Below are positions 1 through 11,972 of a DNA stretch of 64,000 nt, one piece after another. Both the position numbers and the translations under genes were made by a program. The notes below the pieces were generated by a model. That model did not search any database, had not been told where the DNA came from, and saw only the letters and a program-made list of their open reading frames with translations. Location of the stretch: positions 66,464,001 to 66,528,000 of the forward strand of contig OX597823.1 in NCBI GenBank assembly GCA_951406725.2, in the 5' to 3' direction. Positions within the stretch are counted from its first letter, which is position 1. Every line of letters begins with the position of its first letter. The DNA comes from Octopus vulgaris (taxonomy: Eukaryota).

Positions 1-694
1 TGAACGTCCCTCGTATGTATACAAACACATTTTCGCTTTTATGACACATATTCCTCGGGTGTTCCGATTTGAAGAAAAGGATAAGAGAATTTATTTTGCC
101 GGTGTGTGCGGGGGTAGTGGAGGGGAGATAAAAAATGTATTCTCCCTCTGCACAAGGCTCTTTCCCTTTACAAGCAAGTTATATGTCTGCTATATTAGAT
201 ACATTTATTTATATGAGATTATACAAGTTAATTTATTAACAATTATTTATTTCTTGGTTTAGTTTATACAATATATATCAGTGAATATGATTTACGAACT
301 TATGATAGTATGTTTCTTACGTTTTATTTATTTGTGTCACTGTTTTTTCCTATATCATTGACGATGGATTTCTCTTACAATGCGGTTGCCAGAGAGTACT
401 TCCTTGTGATAAAACCAAGAGCGGCAGACATTTTCATTTAAGAAAACCACAAACTTGTTACAGCTAAAGTCCACGGCGACAGAAGCGCCCATCAAGTAAT
501 ACCACTAATTTTGCAGGAAGAATTTTGGCTGCTACTGGTACCACAATTAATTTTGATTCCTATGATGAATGAGCGTTAACTATTATATACACACATGCAC
601 ACTCGCACAATTATACACACACTCACAAACACATATATATTCATATGTATTTTATATGTGTGCTTGAGTGTATGTGCATGTGTGTGTTTTAGGG

Positions 695-890
695 CTTGTG
701 TGTGTCCCATTTCCACTTAATAGATGATATTGGGTTGTTTAGTCCCTAATTTATCAGTGTAGCAAAAGTGAAGTATAGAATAAGAAACAAAATTATAAGT
801 TAGCACTGGGGTCGATTTGTTGGATGAAACCTTTATAGCGTGGTGACCTAATATGGCCGCATTACTAACTGAAACAAGTAAAATATAAAC
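695..890 (+). mobile_element. Degraded 3' half of tRNA-derived SINE family A
   Basis: Diverged match to the 3' half of the copies at 3343-3770, 16923-17285 and 58277-58687 (…CTGGGGTCGATTTGTT…ATGGCCGCA…ACTGAAACAAGTAAAA). Confidence 0.65.
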
Positions 891-2989
891 AGAATAATAG
901 TTTGTTTTTTGTTGTTTTTTTTCATTCCGTAATATACATTGGGTTTTTTCATTTATACATTTGTAATTTATACTCCGGAAAGAAGCATATGATTTGACTA
1001 ATTCCCAACCATATTAGACAATATTTGCTAAGAGTGTTTGACACTTTTAAAGGTAGTGACCCTCTCTTAAAGAATGGAAATCACATTCTTATAAAATAGA
1101 AAATCTCGTTGTCAATATCAATTTTATTTTATTATACTTATCTAATATTGTACAATATGTTAGGTTATTTTGTTCGTTTATAGAATATAAGTGTTATAAA
1201 GACATGCATATATCTATGTACACATGTATGTATGTACGTGTGTGTGTTGGGTGTGTGAGTATCCAGGAAGAAAGAGGCATACAACAAAGGATGTGTACGC
1301 TAACAACGTATTGCATCACAGAAAATTTCAACTGAATTCTCTAAATCTGATTTTAAGTCATTCCTCTTTACATTAAATCTCAGTCTTAGGTGCCTAATTT
1401 GACGAGAGAAAGATTGAGGAGAGAAAGATATCAGGAGCATCAATCCTAGCTATATAAATTTAAACTCAAGTATTTTCCTTTAATTCATATCCGTGATTAT
1501 TTTTTCAATGAGGTATTGTTTATGATTAGAAAACTAACAATAAGGTGGGAAAAGAATACTAATTGGTGGAGAGAAAGGATAATTCCAGAGATGACAAATT
1601 AATTTCGTACTGACAAAATGATAGTTAATGATTAATGGAACAATCTTACCTTTATTAGCAGGGATTATCGCTAATATGGAAATATTTTATTATGTTTAAA
1701 ACTTTTCAGCCACGTGTAATCTTTCCTAAGCCTTGCCGATTCGAAGTCATAGAATTTTGGAAGTGGGAAAAAATGTTATAAAACATTTTTGTCATTTTCC
1801 TAATTAAAGAAACTCAAGCAAAGCAAAGACAAATAAAATTCGTGAGTTGAAGATATGAGTTTATATAAATGGCGTATGGAATGGTGCATTCAATTGGTTT
1901 TACCAAGTTTATTTGAGACGGATATAAATGTTGACCAGCCTAAAGAGAGAGTGAGTATGATCTCACAAATTGACGCATATAGCAACAAAATGCTTTTTAC
2001 ATCACATCACGTCTGTTTAGAAAAGACTAGCACATTATAAAGGAATTCAGAGACTGCTCTCTTTGACAGAAAATTTTAAGAATGGCACGATTGGAATTTA
2101 CTTGATTATAGATATGCGCCTGCGCCGTCAAAATTTACTTGAGTCTCTACGAGAGCATTTAATATTTGAAAAACCTTCACTAAACGTATCGAAATATTTC
2201 ATTTTCATTTTTCACTACTTTCGATAAACTGTTGAAAATAATTTTGCAAAAATGATACCTGTGTATATGCTTGCATGGTTGTGTAAACATATATGCATAT
2301 ATAGGTATGCAACTGTGTGTGCGCATGTGTGTGCGTATGTGTGTCTGTGTGTGTGTGTGTGTTGCATATAGATGTATACTCGTATGTATATGTTAATGCA
2401 TATAATACGTCAGCCTCATTATAATTATGAAACAATAGATTGAAAATTATTATTTGCCCGTAAGGTTAGTTTGCTGCTTTACCGGGGGCTTATTTCTGTG
2501 AAATTGCGTGTGATAACTGGCATTTAATTAAATTGTAGTAATTAAAAGTGACTGCGGGCATGGCGCAATTGAAAAACGAATTTATAATCAAAATTACTTT
2601 AGACGAAATTTCACTCTTGCAGATTAATTTTCAGAATCAACAATGCACAACCGTAACCGACAGAGCCACAAATGCGACATGAAATTTACCAGCGCAATAT
2701 TAAATTTTAATGCGATCATTATATTTTTATTACAAATTTCTACGCTGCCTTTTATATAATATTTATTTCCAATATTCTTTAACTTCATTCCTTGCAGTTT
2801 CTATAATCTTCCTCATCTTTTCTTCTAAACATGCTGTTTTCCTCGCGCTTGCCGCTCCCTTACTATTTGTGTGTGTATGTGTATATATATTGATATAGAG
2901 AGAATACACGCAAAAATGTATACATGTATTGTTATACTTGCATATACATAGATATAAGTATAATGTGTAACCTAGATAAATAGATAGCT

Positions 2990-3047
<58 letters not shown>

Positions 3048-3088
3048 TATATATATACACATACACGTGGATGGATGGATGGATGGAT

Positions 3089-3113
<25 letters not shown>
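2990..3113. repeat. Compound (GATA)n/(TA)n/(GGAT)n microsatellite
   Basis: Read directly from the sequence. Confidence 0.95.
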
Positions 3114-3119
<6 letters not shown>

Positions 3120-3342
3120 CCTTCACATATGTGACCTGCCAATTTTAATATCTAATAGAAAATTTCAGGAAATTCTTTGTACCTTAGAAACAATCTACGA
3201 GATTTGAAGTCAGTCATACAAATGCCAAGCTTGAATCCCTTCTCTCTTCCTCGACCTTTGCAAATTTCTACCTATCAAAAATAATGAAAAAGTTTTATAT
3301 AATTTTTATATTCTCTTGACTGAATCCTGTTTCTCTCCTTTC

Positions 3343-3482
3343 AGGTAAAACGCTTGCTTACCAACCATATGGTTCCGGGTTACAGTCCTACTGCGTGGCA
3401 CCTTAGGGAAGTGTTTTCTACTATAGCATCCGGCCGAACAAATCCTTGTGAGGGGATTTGGTAGACGGGAACAGAAAGAAGT

Positions 3483-3536
<54 letters not shown>

Positions 3537-3770
3537 ATGTGTGTGTGTGTCCTTGTGTCTATGTTCCCCACCACCCACTATCACCTGACAACAGATGTGG
3601 GTGTGTTTATGTCCCCGAAACTCAACAGTTTGACAAAAGAAACCGATAGAATAAGTACTAAGCCTAAAAAGAATAAGTCTTAGGGTCGAATTTTTCGACT
3701 AAAGTCGGTTTCCCAGGATGTCCACATTCAAATGACTAAAACATGTAAAAAGAATAAGAAAGAATAAGAA
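3343..3770 (+). mobile_element. tRNA-derived SINE family A with internal (TA)n/(TG)n tract
   Basis: tRNA-like head (GGTAAAACGCTTGCTTACCAACCATATGGTTCCGGGTTACAGTCC), internal microsatellite and AAGAAT tail. Collinear with the copies at 16923 and 58277. Confidence 0.85.
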
Positions 3771-3774
3771 TATG

Positions 3775-3817
<43 letters not shown>

Positions 3818-3821
<4 letters not shown>

Positions 3822-4766
3822 TAAGCAATTAAGGGTTTAGCAACGAATTGCCTCACCACACACCGAATTTAGAAATAGCAGTCAAAGAGTTATAGCTATT
3901 CTTTCTACTAAAAGGGAGATCTCAGTAAAAACACAGCACTTGAAAGGCAAACACAGACAGGTAAGAGAGAATGAAATGACGGCAATCTATCATACAATTT
4001 TAAGTCACCTACGGACGTACGTTTCGAAATCAAGTTTTAGGAAAGCATAAGAATTAGATAATTCTACCTTACACAACTTCTCTTCTCATCAGCGTAGGAC
4101 ACTACAATTATGAATAATTGTATATTAATTTTTGAGATACTAGAAGGCATCATCTCAACTCAGTATCAGAGCGAGCTAAAGCTATTACCAGTACCACCAA
4201 ATTCAAAGTGTGAATGAAAGTTTGTGTCACCAGCCCCTTCCCTCCCGCGTGTAGCCAAGACAAGATGCTGTGGTCATTTACTGGGATGAAATATGGTTAT
4301 CAGTAACAATAAAGGGTGAAATTAATTAATTTGGAATAATTATTAATTACACCAAGTGGATTTCGGCATGTAAAAGCCTCATTCGAGGAAAATTTAAGTA
4401 ATACTAAGCAATTAAGGGTTTAGCAACGAATTGCCTCACCACACACCGAATTTAGAAATAGCAGTCAAAGAGTTATAGCTATTCTTTCTACTAAAAGGGA
4501 GATCTCAGTAAAATCACAGCACTTGAAAGGCAAACACAGACAGGTAAGAGAGAATGAAATGACGGCGATCAATTTTAGTAGAAAGAATAGCTATAACTCT
4601 TTGACTGCTATTTCTAAATTCGGTGTGTGGTGAGGCAATTCGTTGCTAAACCCTTAATTGCTTAGTATTACTTAAATTTTCCTCGAATGAGGCTTTTTTA
4701 CATGCCATAATTAATTCTACTTGGTATATATTATATATATTATTCCAAATTTAATTAATTTCACCC
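3818..4766 (-). mobile_element. Hammerhead-containing non-coding retroelement (retrozyme-like or Penelope pLTR) with partial tandem and inverted arm
   Basis: 170-bp direct repeat 3818-3987 / 4401-4570 (period 583, 2 mismatches seen). Inverted repeat 4314-4496 / 4573-4766. Hammerhead core at 4008-4098. Bounded by (TA)n on the left, with another (TA)n about 120 bp to the right. Confidence 0.75.
4008..4098 (-). ncRNA. Type I hammerhead ribozyme
   Basis: Minus strand reads CCUACG-CUGAUGA-G…(long stem II)…C-GAA-AC(GUAC)GU-C-CGUAGG. This gives a 6-bp stem I, a complete catalytic core, a G10.1:C11.1 pair, a short palindromic stem III and a GUC cleavage triplet. Confidence 0.85.
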
Positions 4767-4879
4767 ATTTGTTTGCTTATCAAAATTGTTACTAAAAGAA
4801 TTTCACCTATTAAATTTAAATTACTTCAATTATTTATATTTCTTTATATATCACCACTCGTGTTCGACATCTCCTTTTT

Positions 4880-5023
<144 letters not shown>

Positions 5024-5399
5024 CTGTTGTCGTCGTCTTTGTACCTTTTGCTGTTGCAGATGTTGTTGTTGTTGTTGTGTGTGAGTGTGCGGGAAAGACA
5101 GTGAATGTAAGCCACTTGTCTTATTTCTAATCTTTGTTGTCAATAGAGAAATATCGGTTTCTAACTTAGATCGAATGTTCTTTCATTAGAATTTCAATAA
5201 CATCTACAGGTTAATTGTGTATGTTTGTGTGCATGTGTGCAATGTTTTTTCTCTCTAGTTTCAGCTCAGAGTTGCGGCCATGCTGATGCACCACCGTTGT
5301 TATTATTAGTAATTAATGCATATCTGTATCTATATTCTTGTTTTACGTCTGAATACTCATACGTATACTTTCACGTCTAAACACATACACAAGAACTTA

Positions 5400-6050
5400 T
5401 ATTGTTAAACTTTTGGAAAGTTATACATATTTTTACAGTTTCATTGGTAGCTTCGGTAGCTTATAACTATAGTATTGTAATTAGCTATCTCATTTCTGGT
5501 TTTGAGAAACTCAATATCTCAAGACGCTGAGACAGTATGTTACATATACAAATGCTGAGGCTGTTTATTATACATAATTTCTGGTGCTGTTTGTTACTTA
5601 TATAAGCGTACATATATAAATCTAAACTTGCAATCGGAGTGTAGTTTATGTAAATTTCTCAACAGTCCAGCAAAGGCATTTTCTTTTTTCTGATCTTTAG
5701 CATTATGTTGGCTAATGCTCCTCAGCAGATTTCCACAAGTGGACATAGTTTCTCTACTCTCTGCCAGTTGTTTATATCTGATCCGTTGTGTTTGTGTTAT
5801 ATTTTTTCCCAGGGATATACCAACCATATTCTTTTCATATTATAAGTGATCGTGGTCTCTACCGCTATGTAGGTTCTCATATATTTGATTTCAGTATCAT
5901 CCTCCCGACAAATGTCACTTTACACAGGTTTTGGCCACAGATAACAAAATGGCATATTCGGAGGACTTTTGTGATGTAATACTTTTTAATTCTCCGGTCT
6001 AAAAAATAATTAATGTGCATCGTTCGGAATGTTAGCGTTCCAGAACACAC
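5400..6050 (-). pseudogene. Decayed 3' end of a restriction-like-endonuclease (REL) non-LTR retrotransposon
   Basis: Minus-strand pieces KKENAFAGLLRNLHKLHSDCKFRFI and (I)EFLKTRNE…TVKICITFQKF resemble REL LINE C-termini (EKENTYAELLRNLQLLYPDYKFRFIP…GTVKICKTF). Multiple frameshifts. Confidence 0.6.
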
Positions 6051-6392
6051 AAATTCAGGTTATTATAACCAAACTGTAAACAGAACAGTCCGGTGGCAAA
6101 ACAAAATTCTTAACAAGCTCGAACCTGCGAACTTTGAAAGAGCATATCATAAATAATAACTGGATACAACTATATAATTCTAATATATATGTAAATTGCA
6201 TTGTCTTTGAACATCTGCAATCATTTTTGCACAACCTTTCGCTTTCTATCCGTAAATGTATGCAAATACACATACTCACACACTCACACATACTCACACT
6301 CACATGCAGTCAAATATAATTATGCAAGTGTGTATGTATATATATATTCATACGTGAGTGTTTGTGTATGTGTGTACATGTATATGTACATA

Positions 6393-6441
<49 letters not shown>

Positions 6442-6589
6442 ACTATTATTATTATTATTATTATTATTATAACTATTATTATTATTATTATTACCATGAT
6501 CATGATGGTGAGGATACAAATAATAATGCTCATGATCATAATAATGAAGAATAATAATATTAATAATAATAATGATGATAATAATAACG

Positions 6590-6675
<86 letters not shown>
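6393..6675. repeat. (TTA)n followed by (AAT)n, opposed trinucleotide tracts
   Basis: Read directly from the sequence. The two tracts are reverse complements of each other. Confidence 0.95.
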
Positions 6676-6676
<1 letters not shown>

Positions 6677-7043
6677 GAAGATGGCGGCGGCTATGGATTT
6701 GGGTAAAAGGTGAGGACGAAACCACACGTAAGTGACTATAATATAAATGATAAGCTTGAAAGAAATTTGATGAGATGCCTACACTTCAGGGTGTTTCTTG
6801 TTAATATACTACAACAATTGTGCTTAATTGGCAGGGATGATCTTCCCACTATTTCTGATGTACTTCACTAATTGAGTGGTTCCAGAGTATTCTCAAATTT
6901 AATAATTATTAGCAATGAGAGGATTTAGTTACGTAACGCTTTGATATATACTCACAACCTAATATGCATATAATAATCGTGAAATAAATATATTCATATA
7001 TACAAAATACAAACACACACACATATTATCCATACATGTACAC

Positions 7044-7092
<49 letters not shown>

Positions 7093-7271
7093 GATTATAC
7101 AGATAGATGTATTGATAGATACATGGCTAGATATGTGTGTATATATATACACACACACAAACACAGATTATACAGATAGATATATTGATAGATACATGGA
7201 TAGATATGTGTGCGTATGTTCGTATGTGTGTATATATTCATCTATATTTATCTGTATCTATGTACACACAC

Positions 7272-7316
<45 letters not shown>

Positions 7317-9532
7317 TGTAAATATGCATTTATATTTTCATGTAATGCATGTAATATGCATGAATACGCTCAAAGATATAGACAGGCTAAATGAACATAT
7401 ACACATATACACGTTTATATACACATTCATACTTATATATACTATGCACAGAGACAACGCGCGCGTGTGTGTATGTGTTTGTCTGTGTCTTTCTCTGTGC
7501 TTATCAGTATGTAAGTATATATGTATATACGTTTATACACAATTTCTTTTACATTCATATTTATTTATTTTTAAATAGAAATAGTGATATTAGAGGTGTC
7601 TTGTGAAAAGACAACATTTGCTAATTAGAAATTTGCCCTGAGAGATAAGGCATCATTTTCACTGTTAATTTATTAATTTACTTTAACAATTCTTTTTCTA
7701 ATGCAAAAAGAAAATTATGCTCGAAGGTAAATTGGCAACATGAATTTATATTTCGTAAATGTAGAAATATATCATATTTATTAATCATTTATTTGGAAAG
7801 AAAAATAAGTCACATTTTTCTTTGTAATTTTATAAATAACAAATCAATAATTTATTATTTATAGCTGTAAGAAAATATTGCAATTAATCTTATTTTGTGA
7901 TAATGCATAATTTGAGATATATAAGATTAGTGAAAATTGAAAGTTCAACGAAGAAAATAGGTTAGAATACGTCGCAAAAGTTACTTCAAACTAAAATCAA
8001 CTGATCTCGGCAGATATAGTAGTATTGTATAAATCAGACATACGTCTGAAATTATGATAATTAAATATGCATCTACAATAAACAATGAGATTTCCTACCG
8101 AACCACACAGAATTCGCAGAAAGTGTGTTATGTAATATTCACTCCATATTGTATAAATTGCATGCATGATTCATATAAATACAACAGAAGGTAATATAGA
8201 AAATGTTGCTGCGCCAGGATGATTTGACTGATTAATTTTACATATTTTCATTTCACATTACTTTAGTCAACTCAGCTGAAAATGTGTTCCAGCAAAATAA
8301 ATAGCTAGTCGTTAACCTACGACACAGACCCGTCTAGTTCATTCGCGAATACCAGAATAAGTAGTCGTGTAATATGTTTGTAGGTTCGTGATAAATGTAT
8401 TTTAATTATTACTGCTAGGCAAGAAAGGGGAAATGACAAGAGTTAATTTAAAGTAAAGCATAGAATAGAGTGACGAGTTTTGATTTTCAAGAACGAATGT
8501 TACAATCAGATTAGATGTCATCAGCAAAACTATCAAATGGTTACGATTACAAAATGTATATATGAATAATAGCGGAGAATTCTAAGAATGAATGAAATCA
8601 TAAAAGCTATCTGGCGAAAGATGTAAAATAATTGTTGGAATTTCAATACAATGGGTCGAAGAAATATTACTAAATCGAGATTTGTGCTAATTCAAGTAAA
8701 TGTGTGTATCGGACTCGGTCCGGGTGTGAATATTGAATTCAAAGTCGATATTAAACATGCGCATTTCAAATATGTTATGTACTTGTTATATGGTATCATT
8801 TTTCTATAGTAGTGACACCAGATTACAATCAATAGTTGGATTGATTATTTATGTGTGTGCGCGTGTGCGTTCGTGTGTATGGATGTGTGTGTAAGAGTTG
8901 TGAGTATGTCTGTAGGTATGTGTGCGTGTATCCTTGTGTCTGTGCATGTAAATATGTTGGGTGGCTGCTGAAGAGTTCATTTTGCAAGCCATCATATGAT
9001 GTTTCTGTCTGAGGAAACCCCCGCACCAACAAAGACCCGCTTAGAGTAGCTGAGACTGGTAAGAGTGAAGGAGAAAGTTATCAGAAACAGGATACCTGGC
9101 GCAAATAATCTCCAACGACAGGAACAGAAATTTCCATAGAACATGTATTGAACTTGTCTCAATGCAACAGTTCAGAAGCTGTGTGACCTTGGGAGAGTAA
9201 GCATGTGTGCATGTCAGCTAATGTCGAAAAACACCTTTTGCGGAGATTACTTCTCTAAATAGATGAGTTATTAATTGTTTGATCGTTCAGGAATATGGTC
9301 ATAACATATTGCATTTTATTAAAATAATACATAAATACTTCGTTAGAGATAGAAACAAATGAATATAATTCATAAGATCTATTGCAGTGACGTTTGTTTG
9401 TTAAATTATTTAACGGTACCTTATGGCACATGTTTTACACAGTACAACATGTGCTTTTTCCTATATTTTGGGTGTTTTCATTGAAACATGGATTTTCAAC
9501 AATGGAAGCATAGTTTTCTCTTAATATACGTG

Positions 9533-9790
9533 TTATTACCTCCGCCAAGGATGTTATTATTATGCCATTGTTGGTTTGTTCGTCTGACTGTGTGTTTGTT
9601 TGTTTGTTAGCAACATAACTCTGAAAGTTATGAATGGATTTTGATGAACTTTTCAGGCAATGCTCAAAATATGACACGAAACACATGCTTAGATTTTGGA
9701 GGTGATACGGTGTAAATCAAACAATAGGGGTGACGATGGGCATACTGCTTGGCAGAGGTCTGCACTTTCCGAGTGCTAAAGTTTCTAGTT
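9533..9790 (+). mobile_element. HINE/Helentron-type non-autonomous rolling-circle element
   Basis: Starts TTATTA-CCTCCGCCAAG (9539-9549) and has the subterminal inverse CTTGGCAGAGG (9748-9758). Also has a (TTTG)n tract, a 3' hairpin GCACTT-TCC-GAGTGC and a CTAGTT terminus, which is the DINE-1/HINE architecture. Confidence 0.7.
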
Positions 9791-9812
9791 TTTCGCTATT
9801 GTGCATTTTTTC

Positions 9813-10325
9813 ATGAAACGTGAACTGTCTTCGAATGAAATTTTGAGTATTCTTGAAGAGGAAGATGACGGCTCATATGATATTTTCATTGAACCCCACG
9901 GAGGCTACGGATCTGACAGCTGAGGATTCGGAGAAAGAAGATGAAACTAACACCGGTCAACACACTCATCATCTCTCAGGCAGTCACCTTCACGTCCCAG
10001 TAGAATTGCAATCACGAAGTACGAAAACAAAAGATAACGACGTGAGGCAGAAAGAAAGTTCTGCTGAAGATAGACAGGCATCAGGTGCGAGTAACAAATG
10101 AGAAAAAAACAAATTACCTAGAAAAAGGCCCAAATACTAGTGATGCCCTCCATTTTTCCTGAATGTGTAACTATTCAAAACACAGAGATTTTAGTGAAGT
10201 GGAATTATTTGAGCTATTCTATGAAAGAAATGACAAAATATTGCTTGAAAAAGAACAGGACTGATATAAATAAATCCTTGCAATTCTCATAGTTTCAGGA
10301 TTATAAACAATTACCTCGTCGCCAA
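9813..10325 (+). pseudogene. piggyBac transposase N-terminal remnant (PGBD3/PGBD2-like)
   Basis: ATG at 9813 gives MKRELSSNEILSILEEEDDGSYDIFIEP. After frameshifts: ATDLTAEDSEKEDE…HLSGSHLH, IFPE…NYSKHRDFSEVELFELFYE and LAILIVSG…YKQLPRR. This is the motif order of PGBD3-type transposases. Confidence 0.7.
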
Positions 10326-11418
10326 TGAAGCTATCAGTTGTACTTTTGTACCCTTATTATCCTAGCGGTGCCATATTGAACCTGGGTTTATTTAAGAATG
10401 TATTTTGAATTTTATATTTCTGGCTTCAAATCAATGTAACTGGTGTGTAAACTAACCCTTAAACAAAGTTTCAGCAAAAGCTGAAGTAAAAAGCTATACT
10501 CGCAACAAATGGCTTAAACACCTGTTCTCTCAATATTTCTGGATATATTAGATATATGCATGCATGCACAGTCGTTATTAGTCATAGATATAGAGTATAT
10601 AATATTTTCTATATAAACCCACACACATATATACACGCTACTGGTTCTATTCTCTAGATATATACGTAAATATATAAATAATTAATCATTTATAAATTTA
10701 TTTAATAAAGCAATAAATATATATTACCTGAACTCTGACAGAATATATTTAGTAGATACTTGGATATAATTTTGGATTACAATACTATATTTTCAAGTGT
10801 AATATAATAATGATTAAAAATACTATGTATAACATATATAGAATCTACTACGAAGTAGTGTAACCACAATCCTTACATAATTAGAATTGAATTTATATAA
10901 ATATTCAATTAACCTTCTAATTGATATTTTTATCTAATAAAACTCTCTATAGATTATTTAGTAGTTTTTTTAGGTAAACACAACGGTAAATATAATACGC
11001 ATAATCTATATCACAGAGCCACGTAATACACAATTCTTTCATTATCTTTCACGTACACTTAAAAAATAAAATAAAATAATAATAAATCAGTCCGAATTTT
11101 TTATTACATTGATAAATTTTAATTTCTATTACAAATTCAAAAACTAAGGATTACAATATTTTTAGTTTTATTTCTTTGCTATATTAAATTATAGAATCAC
11201 ATATATATATATATAAGTATATTTTCACATATATAAAAACAAATACACTCATACGCAAGGACATATAGCCATAATATACACAAACACATATACATACGCT
11301 AATAATGTATATATATATATGAAATTATGCATTTCTTAACGGGTATACAATTCAAATTTGACTACAAATTATTATACATAAATAAATGAATTTGATTTAA
11401 TAAGATTTTATGGCTACC

Positions 11419-11457
<39 letters not shown>

Positions 11458-11577
11458 AAGCGAATATATTCAATGAGAATGCAGTATACTGAACTTCGTG
11501 TAAGTCCTCTTCGTAGGGAAATGTCTAAAACCGTAAATTGTTTAGACATTTAATAAGAGAGATTATGTATTATAAAA

Positions 11578-11796
11578 TAAGAGTAGGAAAAATTACATCA
11601 AACAATCATCACAGAGATATACGCCCAGAATGATATTGTATTAATATATATATATAAAGTATGATTTTTTCAAAGGTTTAAAAAGTTTTTAAACAATCAT
11701 AGTCATATATTTATATATATAACTATTTATACAATATTATTTTGGGCGCATAACTTCTGTGATGATTTTTGATGTAATTTTGTTTTCCTGCTCTTA
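11578..11796. repeat. Imperfect ~65-bp inverted repeat with ~87-bp spacer
   Basis: 11578-11641 TAAGAGTAGGAAAAATTACATCAAACAATCATCACAGAG…GCCCAGAATGATATTGTAT matches the reverse complement of 11729-11796. Confidence 0.75.
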
Positions 11797-11799
11797 CTT

Positions 11800-11818
11800 T
11801 ATTATTATTATTATTATA

Positions 11819-11862
<44 letters not shown>

Positions 11863-11907
11863 CATTTTATTATTATTATTATTATTATTATTTTATTATT
11901 ATTATTA

Positions 11908-11968
<61 letters not shown>
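11800..11968. repeat. (TTA)n microsatellite
   Basis: Read directly from the sequence. Confidence 0.95.

Positions 11969-11972
<4 letters not shown>

Noticed and set aside
6676-6735. Short GC-richer stretch ending in a GTAAGT donor-like site (possible micro-exon)
   Set aside because: No convincing acceptor or polypyrimidine tract upstream (only (AAT)n) and no recognisable peptide. RNA-seq would be needed.
10560-11200. Very AT-rich tract with hairpins, resembling a mitochondrial control-region NUMT
   Set aside because: I could not fold a credible mitochondrial tRNA or find any mitochondrial gene sequence. AT-rich hairpins are expected by chance.
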